Source: Oculina patagonica
Lineage: Eukaryota
Assembly (NCBI RefSeq): GCF_052425735.1
Contig: NC_135759.1
Span: forward strand, 32,054,001-32,118,000
Reading direction: 5' to 3'
Length of the DNA stretch: 64,000 nucleotides
The position numbers were made by a program, and so were the translations under genes. Under the pieces are notes generated by a model. The model saw only the letters and a list, made by a program, of their open reading frames with translations, was not told the origin of the DNA and did no database searches. Below, in pieces: positions 22,932 through 34,476 of this stretch (positions are counted from its first letter, which is position 1; the number at the start of each line of letters is the position of its first letter).

Positions 22932-25900
22932 TCATTCCATTCCTTTCCATAAAAAGTATCCTATAATAGGCATTACAATACTTGTAAGAAGACATGACAC
23001 AAAGTTAACACCATGATTGTCCAGGATTGATCGTCCTGAGATGTGCTTTGCAGTTAAAGATGGTTTGTACACAACACGTTTCTTTACTGAGCAATATCCA
23101 GAGTACTGTACTGTGGCACCCAGTAATGAATCAAAAGCAGATCCCAGGAAGCCTCCCAAGCAGCCAATCACAATGACTGGCCACTGAGGTGGAACGACGG
23201 TGATTCTACGAATTGTCAAGATTGATACCAAGGATAAATAGTATGCAACTCCAATCACTGTGCCGCCAAGAATGCTTGCAATTGTGCCTGTTATTGTAAT
23301 GCCACCATTTGTGCCAACAGGAACTTTACAAAATGTTGTTATCAGTACAGGAACATGGGAACTTATTGCTGTTCCTATTTCCGATGCCCAGGTGTCACCA
23401 CAGCTACACGCAAAGGATCCAAGCACAGCAATAGAAAGTACTGATGCATTGAAATCCTTAGCGAAATTAATTGCATGTTCACCAATACCAACATCAATCA
23501 TGTAAAACAGAGCAAGAAGTGTTGGCACGCCTCCATTACATAAAACTTGAATCCAGTTTCTCTGGCCTCCTGCAAAATAATGTGGAAAAACTGTAGTTTG
23601 TTTGCAGTGATCGGCCTATCAAAACTACCGTAATAGGTAATGAATAAAAAGAAAACAATCAGTGACAGTCTAGATTATGTCTTAATGTATGGCCCCTGTT
23701 CTAAGAGCTGAAATATGCCGGTTCAGTTTAGGAAATTATACAGCTGACTGATCAAAGGTTGTCAAGAAACATGTACCGCTTACCGGTTACCGATCACTTA
23801 AGCTAAGGCCTGGATCACAGTAATAATCGATATTTTTTAACAGGGTGACCCCTTCAGTCGCAGGACTGGTATCAACGGGGCCCTATGTAAAATAAAACAA
23901 ATTTAAAGTAAAAGAGAGTATGCATAAAATATCTACCTATCTATAAAAACTACTTTAAAAAAGAAACCGCTAAAATGCTAAAAAAAAGTTTAAAAAATTA
24001 AAAGAAGTACTTTTTTTCTCATAAAAATAAGTAAATTACGAATTAAAAATGTTCTAAAAATAACCTAAGAATAAAAAGCAGAGATAGCTTGGAAACGTTC
24101 ATTTGGCTGCATAGTCTTAATAATCATCGGAAGACAATTAAAAACGAATGCACCATGATAATAAAAAGACTTTTTAGCGACATCTAAATGAATGTTTGGA
24201 AGTATAATGTCAGTAAAAGACGATTAGGAACATAACTTATGGTAATAGCAAGGTCACACAAATGCAAAAACACCTCATGTTAATGTTTTATGACACCAGT
24301 GTAAACAACATAACATAATGACATAGTTTGAAGATAATGACATAAGGAAAAAACTGGGCTTTTCTTTGTGTCTCATGTCCATGTGGTTGTATTGCTATGT
24401 TGCTAGTATGAACCAGGCCTATTGTTCACAAATGTTCAGGACCATATTATGTAAGTTACCGGTACCAGAAACAGGTAATAAGCTTCTAAATTGAATTAAT
24501 TATAAGTGTTTAATAATTAACAAGAACTGCAAGCAGTTTATAATCGTGCGGGTAATGTTTGACCACCTGACCTCTTTCGCCGCACAGTAAAATCTTTAGA
24601 AAAGCGGTCACTTGAGAAACACACAAATCGTGTTTGCTTTAGTCACGGAGTGAACTTGACATGAATTTCCTTTACCACGTCATCTTTTGCTTTTTAAAAC
24701 CACATGCCTAGCCGGAAAAATGCCTGCCTTCGCATGCAAATATTTATTTTGTTCCGAATGTTCAATAAAATAAACCCTGCTGTAGATTAAAAGCTCAAAG
24801 CAACTCCCCATAAACGCTCGACTAGCACAGCGAACGAAGACATCAACAATGCTATTGCATCACAGCACACTGGGGTTTTGAATCTGTCATGACGTAATGG
24901 TTTTTTTTTTTTAGCTTGCACCACTTGTACATGTCAAACTGCGTTATTTTGCGGTATTCAGTACATTCCGGGTACGTAATACGGCGTTTTGTTTTCACTC
25001 TGAGCCAAACGCTTCAATAAAATAGTTCTTCCTCAATGAAATTTCTTTAAAGTGGAGTCTGGCTGAAAAAAGTGCACTGTAAAAAGCAGTGACGCTTGCA
25101 GTTTCCGGTGAGGACAAAATTACGTGAATGACGTAGTGTTTACTACAAAAAAATAGCTTTTGCAATTTGAATATTTTGTACTCGCTCTGAGACAAACGTA
25201 AGAATCTCTAAAAAGATGTTTCAGATTGATTTTTTTTTTCAAGATAAGACCAAGAAATGTTTCGAAAAGTATTTGATTTTCGAAAGTTTTGAAGCCGTAA
25301 AAATTGTGCATGTCTGAGCCGTGGAATTTATTAATTAGTATTGCGTTCACAATAATAGTTTGGAAATGGCAAAGAAAGCAATATTTTGCAATGCGAATCT
25401 CCAGTACTCGCTCCAAGTCAAGACTTAAATGCCGAACACAAAAATATATATATATTTCGCGTTTAACAGAGCATAGAGTACTCGTAAAATTAGACGGGAA
25501 TGATTTTGTAACACAGCTTCCAGGGAGTGAACATTAAAACTTGTACGATTTGAACGTAATCATTCGCAAGTAATGAAAACTTGCGTGACCGTGACCAAGG
25601 GATCGGCTGGGGTGCGAGGTTCTGGAACGATTTACCGACAAAAAAAAAACGACAAAATCTGACACAGATTATGAATCGGGCCCAGGCCCCGCCCGATTAA
25701 TGAAATATTTTCACTAATTTGTTTGCCTTTTTTAAGAGCAGCTCGTTCCTACTGCTCATTCCTGACTAAAACGTGCATTTTATATTCACATCCTTATTTC
25801 TGCTGAGTGGTGAAGCCATGATATTTATGATAAATATTTCGTGATTTGTAACTGATGACACTGGTGCCGCCATGTTGGTGCATGTCATTCACAAAAAAGA

Positions 25901-26393
25901 TTTTAATTTTAATTGTGTTCCACGAACATGGCCGTCACACCATTGTCATTTGAATCTCTCGCGATTGCTTGTAACCATCAATAAAAGGGCTTAAGACTTA
26001 ATACTTTTATTGATGGTTGCTAATTTAATGAAAAGTTTTTCGAACATCAGGTTGTTTGTCTGTTCTCGCCTCTCGCAAAGTGTACATAGTTTTTCAACAA
26101 TTTACGCCCTCTATCTCTAGCATTATCTTAACAATATACAAACCTTTCTTGAAATCGTCTTCAATTTTTTCCTTGACTTCGGACTTGAACCTCGTTAGTT
26201 TAGAACTTGTAAGGAAAAAAGTCACACAAGAGGCGAAAAAACAAAGGTTGCTCAAGGTCAATATGAATCCAACCACAACGGAAGCAATAGCGCCCGTCAA
26301 ATCAAGAGATTTCTTCTTTAGACCGTGTCGAACGATCACCAAACACGAAAAAACAGCGAATACAGCTCTTACTATTAAGAAATGGATATCCAT
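22932..26393 (-). CDS. TMEM19: Transmembrane protein 19 (DUF92 family)
   Basis: Exons 26144-26393 and 22932-23569. Motifs KKKSLDLTGA, FFLTSSKLT, GGQRNWIQVLCNGGVPT, GDTWASEIG, VPVGTNGGIT, DSLLGATVQYSG, ILDNHGVN. Confidence 0.95.
23830..24240 (-). mobile_element. LINE 3' remnant in TMEM19 intron
   Basis: Minus strand encodes KKSFYYHGAFVFNCLP, like the CR1/L2 ORF2 tail, followed by an AT-rich 3' region. Confidence 0.5.
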
Positions 26394-26585
26394 AATTTTC
26401 GTTCAGTTCTAAGAACGGACATTCTTACACGTTCTTCGCTTCTCTCGAACTCCACCGCCAAAACTTCTCGCCTTAGTCTCCCACCGTTATTTTCAAAATG
26501 GCGGCGGCATTGTTGACCGTTGTGTGACAAGCTCGAAGTTCAGGCACAGAAAGGACATCGTAATAAACAGAATCCAGAAGCAGCA
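26394..26585. promoter_or_regulatory. Putative bidirectional promoter TMEM19/CCDC34 with YY1-like motif
   Basis: Head-to-head ATGs are only ~190 bp apart. CAAAATGGCGGC lies at 26494-26505. Confidence 0.65.
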
Positions 26586-27623
26586 ATGTTTGGGGGACAA
26601 CAAGGAGAGAGACGTGGTTTTACAGACACATTTTCAGATGATTCCCTTGGCGAATCGACTCGTTCTCTGCTATCTCCAGTTTATGGCAATGGCGGCCGTT
26701 TTAAAGAACCAGAATTATCTGAAGGTTCCTTGAGCGACGATGACGAGACAGACAACGAAAAAGATTATAGCCTTGAATTTGAAAGATCTCACAGCACACC
26801 TAAGCACAAGGCCAAAACATCAAGAAGCTATACGACTCCAACTTCGTCACTTTCAGGACCTAAAAAATCCGTCAGTAAAAGCACTAGATCAGGCTCGAGG
26901 TCAAATACAGAAGGCTGCAAAACTAATAGCTCTAAAACGGTTGAGAATAAAGGCGACTGTCTTTCACCATGGGAAACCTGGCTCGTGAAAAAGACTACTG
27001 AAGATCGTGAGAAGATGAAACAGAAAAGACTTGAAAGGAAGAAAGCACGGGAAGAAAATGAGAAGGCAAAACGAGAAAGGGAAGAACTCTTGAAAGATGC
27101 AAGTGAGAAGTATAGTAAATGGCTGGAAAGCAAAAAGAAGTTGACGGCAGAGGAAAGGAGAATAAAACAACAGCAAGAGCAGTTGGAAAAGGAAAAGAAA
27201 GAGAATTTAAACCGCATGACTGAAGAGAAAGCAGCAGTGAAATACAACAACTGGATCGAAGAGAAGAAAATAAAGGAAAATGAGATGAGAAGAAAAGAGG
27301 AAGAAGATGCAAGAATAAAGAAAGACAAAGAAGTGACAAGAAGATTGAATAATGAGGAAGCTTACAATAAATGGATTTCAGAAGTTAAAGAAAGACCTAG
27401 ACCTGTTTATAACAGCTTTGGTTATACAGGAGGGATGCTAACAGGGTATTATGAATGGGGTTCATATCCTGCACCAAGTTATTGTAATCCTATTCCCTGG
27501 ATGCCGCCAAAAGTTAAAAGAAACAGTGATAGAATAAAAGGAAAACTGGAAATGCAGCCAGCATCTCCACCTCTTCTCTTCAGAGACATTGACAATCGGA
27601 AGGCAAAGGAAAAGAAGAAATAA
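26586..27623 (+). CDS. CCDC34: Coiled-coil domain-containing protein 34 (DUF4207), intronless ORF
   Basis: STRSLLSP, LSPWETWLVKK, K/E coiled coil with periodic W, and C-terminal GMLTGYY..SYPAPSYCNPIPWMPP match the CCDC34 family. Confidence 0.9.
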   Translation: MFGGQQGERRGFTDTFSDDSLGESTRSLLSPVYGNGGRFKEPELSEGSLSDDDETDNEKDYSLEFERSHSTPKHKAKTSRSYTTPTSSLSGPKKSVSKSTRSGSRSNTEGCKTNSSKTVENKGDCLSPWETWLVKKTTEDREKMKQKRLERKKAREENEKAKREREELLKDASEKYSKWLESKKKLTAEERRIKQQQEQLEKEKKENLNRMTEEKAAVKYNNWIEEKKIKENEMRRKEEEDARIKKDKEVTRRLNNEEAYNKWISEVKERPRPVYNSFGYTGGMLTGYYEWGSYPAPSYCNPIPWMPPKVKRNSDRIKGKLEMQPASPPLLFRDIDNRKAKEKKK

Positions 27624-28707
27624 CTGTTAGGGAATTTCTGTTGTTAAAATCCAGGAAAGTTTTTTGCCATTTAATGCAAAAATTAAGTAAATACTGATAA
27701 GCAAGGCCTCACAGATCATGTTAATAATATTGTAAGCAAGATGCTTTTTCTTTAAATTTGAAATTTATTCAACATACTATATTTTTGTAAATTCCCCACA
27801 CATCTCCACCCTGCAATTACAGCCTCTCTTAATTCCCCAAACTCTCATGGCAAAGGCTCTGCAAGCAGGGTGACCCATCCTCACATAAATAATTATGGAG
27901 CGAATAAAAGCAAGTTTAGTATGATAACTCTTTCAGACAAGTTTTGGTCTGTTTATTGGTTATTATAAAACTACTTACATCAAACTAGTCTAGTTCTGGA
28001 CCTCTTTGTAACATTGCATAAAGGCCATGTTACACGACCCAATATTTCCTGCAACAAGTTGGAACAAAATAGTGTGCCTGTGACACCTCCTCTGCAACTT
28101 GCAATGTTTTTTAGTCCTCATCGTTGCGTTGTGTAATATATCGCCTTAACAGAGAGAGGACCAGAACTGGCCTAACATCAAACACACAAGCACAAATAGA
28201 AAAAAGTAACTAAGGACACAATTAACTATTTTTCTTTTAATTTTTTACATGATTAAGATTTATTATAAGAGTTTCAACCAGTATAATGCACACTAAAATT
28301 CTGAACCATTGGAGTTCTTATTCAGCCAGCATACATTAGATGCACACTTGTCAACTGTGACCGGCTTTTAATCTTTCTCCAGAAGTGTTTAAAATAAATG
28401 TGAAAATAGGACTATCACTTGAGCTCTGCAATCCTGTTCTTTATCCTTTCTGTATAATTTATTCAGGAACCTGAAAAAAGTTGTAAAAGAATGATAAAAA
28501 TATTAAAATAACATGAATTAAATGATGCTTAAATTAAAAAGTGGAGGGTCATTTCAAAGGAATGGGCTGATACAGAGAGCTAAACATGTTCAATGCATGT
28601 TGACAACTGAAATACAATTTAATAAAATTTCAAATAAAAACACTCTTGAAAGCAGCAACTTAGGTTTCCTGAATTGGGAATAATATTGAATAAACAATCC
28701 CCCATTA

Positions 28708-28913
28708 TCTTATTGTTACTAATTTTCGCGGGACTGAATTTTCGCAATTTTCAAAAATTCCAAAATTAAATTTTTTTTTTATTAAACCATTTTAATGGTC
28801 TTTTTTAGGTTTCCCATACTGCAATAATTTATTACGTATTTTCGGCCAAATCGCAAAAAATTAAGTCCCACCAAAAACAATTAAGTTCCCGCAAAAATAA
28901 GTAACAATAAGGT
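28708..28913. mobile_element. MITE
   Basis: Inverted termini CTTATTGTTACTAATTTTCGCGGGAC / GTTCCCGCAAAAATAAGTAACAATAAG. Confidence 0.6.
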
Positions 28914-29654
28914 GTGTTGACCACGTGCACAATATTCATCCAACTAACACAATGACTCCTGGCAGAAGCTTATCCTCCTGGCATATCTTGGGCAATCAGC
29001 ATGGGTAACAACAAAAGATCCGTACCACAATATCAAAACAGAAAAAATATTCTATTAATTAAAAAGATGGTCTACACTTCTTTGCTGCAAGTATACAATC
29101 TGTCACTGCAACAGCATAAACCTCTTCAAACTAATAATTTAAAATATATTATAAAATATAATATATATTATAAAAGTTGACAATTACTAATGAAAATTTA
29201 GTGACACTTAAATTCTTAATTGCATTCTCAAGGCTTGAAAAAAAACCTGGATTCCAGCTTGCCCTTTGGACAAGCAGCTCTGAATTTTTCTTGCTTGTCC
29301 TACTTTCCTTTTTTTGGGGTTAAGTTGACAGATGACTTGCTTGGACCCATGCCCATCGAGCAAGTAAGAATGAAAAATTACCTGCCCAGCAGGAAAAATC
29401 TATTTGTCCTGCACAACCAGATGGCGCTTTTTTGAGCCCTGAATCAATAACTTATGATGTAACATTTTGTATTTTATTAACGATATGACAATTATTTTAT
29501 CTACAAACAATGGTTTATTTGTCCTTTAATTAAATAATTTAATTTTTTTTTAACCTTTTGAATCTTGATGGAAGGAAAAACTTACCTCAAAGTGATTTGA
29601 ATTCCATCTCCATGTAATTCACTTTTTCCTGCTGACAATGCTGATGTTCCATTT

Positions 29655-31560
29655 TCAGAAGGACATTCCTGCCACACCACCACCACTGTACTCTGCACTA
29701 ACTCCTAACAATGAACAGAGCTAAGGCAAAGAAAAGAAAAAAAATTACTTACTGCACCTTTAAATAACATGCAAAACTGAAGTTCAGAACGTAACTAATC
29801 ATTATCATGGGCATGACCTTTTGAACTCATTTAAGTGAACTTCTGTTTCCTTAGAGGTCCACTAACATGATTGACAGCAGCAAAAAATGAAAACCATTGA
29901 TTGTTGCAAGTTTGGTGCAGTAATCATGGTCTGTCCTATACAGGAGTTTGAAATCTATAATATCAAGTTAACTTACTGAATAAGAAGCTAGCAAAAATAT
30001 GTGAGAAATCAAATAAATACTTTGATTGAGTGATCAAAGCTACAGCTTAACATCACTACCTGTTTAAACTTGGCCCGTATATTCTCAAGATTAACAAACA
30101 ACTCCTCATTTGTGACATCATTAACAGGAATAGCCAAGATCTTCCTTTTCATTGTTTCCAACAATTTAACGCACCTAAAAATGTAGTGAGAAACAGATGT
30201 GAGTATCCATCCACGTCTAAGATAACTCATAACTCGAGAACAAGCTCCCACCACTAACGTACTATTTGCCTGAGATTCTGGATTCTGGAAGGGTTTAACA
30301 TGTTTCATCTACAAGAACCAATTCACATTGTAGACTTTCATAAGCTTGTCACATGTAACCAAGTTGTGCAGTCTTTCAGGGGAGGGGGCAAGGTGGAAGC
30401 CTGGCCCCCAAGCCCCTCCCCTAGATCCACAACTGCTATTTAAAATTCACTAACATTGTAAATGAGTTAAAGTTTGGTTACACAAAGTAGGCTGAAAAGA
30501 TGCACGTACCTCTGTTTTGCATCAGGACTTTCCTGCAAAATTTCCAGCCACATTGAAACAAATCCAAGATAGAATCCAACCTGAGAAGTGCAGGATACTG
30601 GTCAGCATTAACAAACAGGCAACAAGAGAACAGGTTACACAGGGTTATGTCAGAGGTGGTGGCACAGGAGTGGCTCGGGGGGCTCAGATAATAGTGAACA
30701 GGGAGGGAGGCTTAAATAGAGAGGAGGCTAACTTGAAACGAGGAGGGGTTAATAGAGGATTTGTGGTATTCTTTTAGTCCTTTGCCAGCTGCAGAGCCAC
30801 AAGAGAGGATAGCAAAGGGGGTGTTGTCATCCTGTTTCACACACAAATTATAACCAAATTCACGTTACATATACTTAAAACAGCAAAATTTTCGAATCAT
30901 GGGTAATTTTTGCCCTATTTTCACGTGACACGATTTAATTTTTGGCCTTTTCACGTGTCACGCATAAACCCTTTGCTACCCTCACAAGAGAATTACTATT
31001 TATACAGAAGTTATTGAGCTACTTGAGTAATATTTCTTCACAGGTGGATCTGTGTAATTTCCATTCTTTTTGCTGCCAAATAAGATCAAAGTAATGCAAA
31101 ACACCTTTAGCAACCAGATCACATTGGCAGTCACATGAAAAAAATACATAGTGCACAGCCTTTCAATAGTATTAAAATGTGATCAACAATCAGTTTCTCT
31201 TCCAAACTATCAAGATCTATCTGATCGATTCTGAATTACTACATGTAAATAATTTACGATCACCCCTATCTATAAATTTATTCTTAATGAATACCCACTA
31301 ATTTTCTTTTGCCTTCACTAGCAACTAACCTCGCCACCAACTTCACAGCCTTTTATTAAACCCAGATGACGTCCCTCCTGTAAACCTTTCAATTTACCAT
31401 CCTGATAGCCTTCCTTGTAACCACCCTCAAAACACCTAAAACAAAAGAAATATTACTTATTTTGCTTTCAATTGCTAAGTAATGTAAGAGTAAAAGAGCA
31501 CCTTTCCTCCAGAAAAACAACGGCATCAAATGCATCATCTATCTCGTCTCTGAACGCCAT
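29655..31560 (-). CDS. LTO1: LTO1/ORAOV1, ABCE1 Fe-S maturation adaptor
   Basis: Exons 31502-31560, 31330-31435, 30510-30580, 30060-30174, 29655-29720. Motifs FDAVVFLEER, deca-GX3 GYKEGYQDGKLKGLQEGRHLGLIKGCEVGGEVGFYLGF, IRAKFKQLCSLL and terminal MSF. Confidence 0.93.
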
Positions 31561-32419
31561 CTTGGTTTTTCTAGTTACCCAGACAGCATTGCGGGTGAGT
31601 TGTCGCTTGGAAATTTGAAAATGAAATGGTGGACTCTGGGAAATGGAATGACGGACTTTAAAAACTGAAACGATTTGAGGACTGAAGCAACTCCCTCTAA
31701 TCTGCTCTAAGACGGACACCGTCGGGACCGGCTCCAACCGTCCCCTGTAAGACTGAAATTGGTGTTGTTTTAGAGCAATTTACAGTCACCTCTGACGGAC
31801 AGGACACCTGGTGATGGTCCCGTCCCTGCCGTTTTTCATTAATTAATGTCACTCAACTCCCTCCAAAACAGACACCCTCTCTAAGACAGACAGTTGAAGC
31901 AGGTCCCGAAGGTGTCTGTTTTCGAGAGAAGTGGCTGTATAACAAAACAAAAGGTAAAGAGGAAAACAACAAGGTCGAACCATTTTTTTTCTTTCCATAA
32001 ATATTTCAAATTCCTACCGAGGTCCGAGAATACTTGCATTCCCATACAAACAAATACAGTTTGATTGTCTTTCACCATGAGTAGAAAAGTCTGAAAACAT
32101 TGCCGAACCTTTCTGTTCCGCGTTTATACGAGAACTTAGAACTGAATCATTTTCATCGCGCGTGAGTTAAAATTTACACAGGCTGTGTGGCAAAAACAAA
32201 CAAACAAACAAAAAGCAAACTAAATCGACAAGTAAGTTAATTTGTTTACAAGCTTATTCAGTTTTAAATAGTGTTTAAGTTTTAGTTTTAAAACGAAATG
32301 TTGCAGTTCTACAATTTAGTCCGGTCATCTAGGAGATTTTATCAATTACTGAAATGTCTCCTCGAAGAAAATGTTAGCCTGCGAGCAGGCTCTCTATTCG
32401 GGGGCAACGTTACACTGAG

Positions 32420-32899
32420 GGCATGTACTAAAACCCGAAACAACGAAACGAAACCACCGAAACGAAACGACCGAAACGAGCGAAACCACCGAAACGAGCG
32501 AAACGAAACCGCCGAAACAACCGAAACGGCCGAAACGAGCGAAACGAAACTAAATCACTGAAACAAGCAAAACCCATTACAATTATTGAGAGCTAACCGT
32601 AAACAGGCTAACCGGAGTGCATAGTAGGCTAACCTAAGTGAAAAGTAGGCTAACCGGAGTGTATAGTAGGCTAACCGGAGCGAATAGTAGGCTAAACGGA
32701 GTGTATAGTAGGCTAACCTGAGTGTATAGTACGGTAAGTGGCTAAAATATTGATGTTTTGCTTGTTTCGGTAATTTTGTTTCGTTTCGCTCGTTTCGGCC
32801 GTTTCGGTTGTTTCGGCGGTTTCGTTTCGGTCGTTTCGGCGGTTTCGGTCGTTTCGTTTCGGTCGTTTCGTTTCGTTGTTTCGGGTTTTAGTACATGCC
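32420..32899. mobile_element. Mutator-like foldback MITE with internal tandem repeats
   Basis: TIR GGCATGTACTAAAACCCGAAACAACGAAACGAAAC; perfect 9-bp TSD TACACTGAG (32411-32419, 32900-32908). Arms are built of CGAAAC units; the core has ~7 copies of a ~21-bp TAGGCTAACCGGAGTGTATAG unit. Confidence 0.88.
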
Positions 32900-34476
32900 T
32901 ACACTGAGGTAGTACATCATTGTGGCTGATAGTAAACTGTGATACCAAGTGAAGCAATTATAGCTAGTCGGGTCATTGTCGTGATATCTTTAAGGTGGTC
33001 TGTAATACTCAGTTCGAATGTAAATACAATTTGTTATTCCCATGCAGCGTTTGTTAATGACTTCTTTGGACTCCGCGGGGAGATTTTTAATGAGAAAAAA
33101 GAAACAAAGCGTTTTTGTTAGTAGCTGACAAATGACCCTGAGCAAATCTCTCATCTTTTCAAAGATGTTTGATGCTTGAAAAATCTACATGTATCTTGGT
33201 GATCGTACAATTCATCCATCATGGGAGAGGAAAATTCACGTTTCTGCTTATGAAGCTAAATGAAACATTTGGTTTAATTTGAAAACCGGTTATAACTGTT
33301 CTTTTAGTTACACTGTTTGTTTAGGTGAAAACTAGGTTGCCCTGTTGCAAGCATGTGTAAATCTTTTTTTTAGAAAATTAAAGCGATTCAGGGAGATATG
33401 TAACTAAACCTTGATGGGTTTTTTTACTTGTATTTTACAACAAACTTAATGAATCTGGACCTAGACGAAGACATTTTTAATTATTATCCTTTTCATAGAA
33501 TCCTGTATTGTATTGTCGTCAATAATTTATCTCGTAACTTGGAGCTAGATAAAATTAATACATGCACCGTCTTTCATACCGTCCAAAACGATATAAATAT
33601 TTTAATACATATAATCTCAAATAAGATTCAATACATTTCTTTCAAAATTATCAGAACACGCCAGACATGTCAAAATATCGTCGTTCCAGGGGAAGCACAA
33701 CAGTGCAACAGTTGGTGAAAGTTTCTTGGAATCAGAGCCTGTGTGAAACTTTGACTAGAAAGAGAATGTTCTCCAAGTTCCCGAAATTGAATTCCGTTTA
33801 ATATCATTGGATCATTTTGTGATTGGACAAAAAAAAATCGAACAATCTTCGGTTTCTGTCAAAATGAAAACAAATCGTAATAACAACAAGTACCTTCATT
33901 TTGAATCAACAGGTGAAAAGCAAACTGAAATAAACTCTGGACGTGTTAATATAATGTTTTGTGTGGATATCTTTATATCGAAGGGAACTAAAAATAAAAT
34001 ATGAAAAAAAAAAAAAATAAAATAAAACTCCTGAACGAATGCTAAATGTAACCCACCTTTTTTTTACAAATTATGTTTTTTCTATGTTCAGGGGCCTCTA
34101 AAATAAAACAACCACAAATTATTTCTTGTCCGTCAAATAAGTAATATATGCGAAATCATCTTTCACATCAAAGATTTCCTTTACTTTCACAAGAAGAGAG
34201 CTGATGTATCCAATGACAACGCGATATCAATAATTAATATGTAATCTATTTTCCGTAATTTATGCAAATGAGACGACTTGTGTCGATCGACGCTTCTGAT
34301 TGGCTGGCGACCAAAATAAGTACAAAGCTGTTGCGTTCAGCTGTTCGCCTGTCGCTTCTCTTTGTGCATGAATATCCGGTGAATGGAGGAGATAAAAGCT
34401 TCAGGAAAGGACGAGCCACAGCGGCTGAAACAGTCATTATAGTGATTCTGAAACAACTTACAACCTGGAGGAAACG

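Noticed and set aside
32590-32732. CRISPR-like array (also 47311-47400)
   Set aside because: Head-to-tail tandem repeats with no unique spacers, eukaryotic context and no cas genes.
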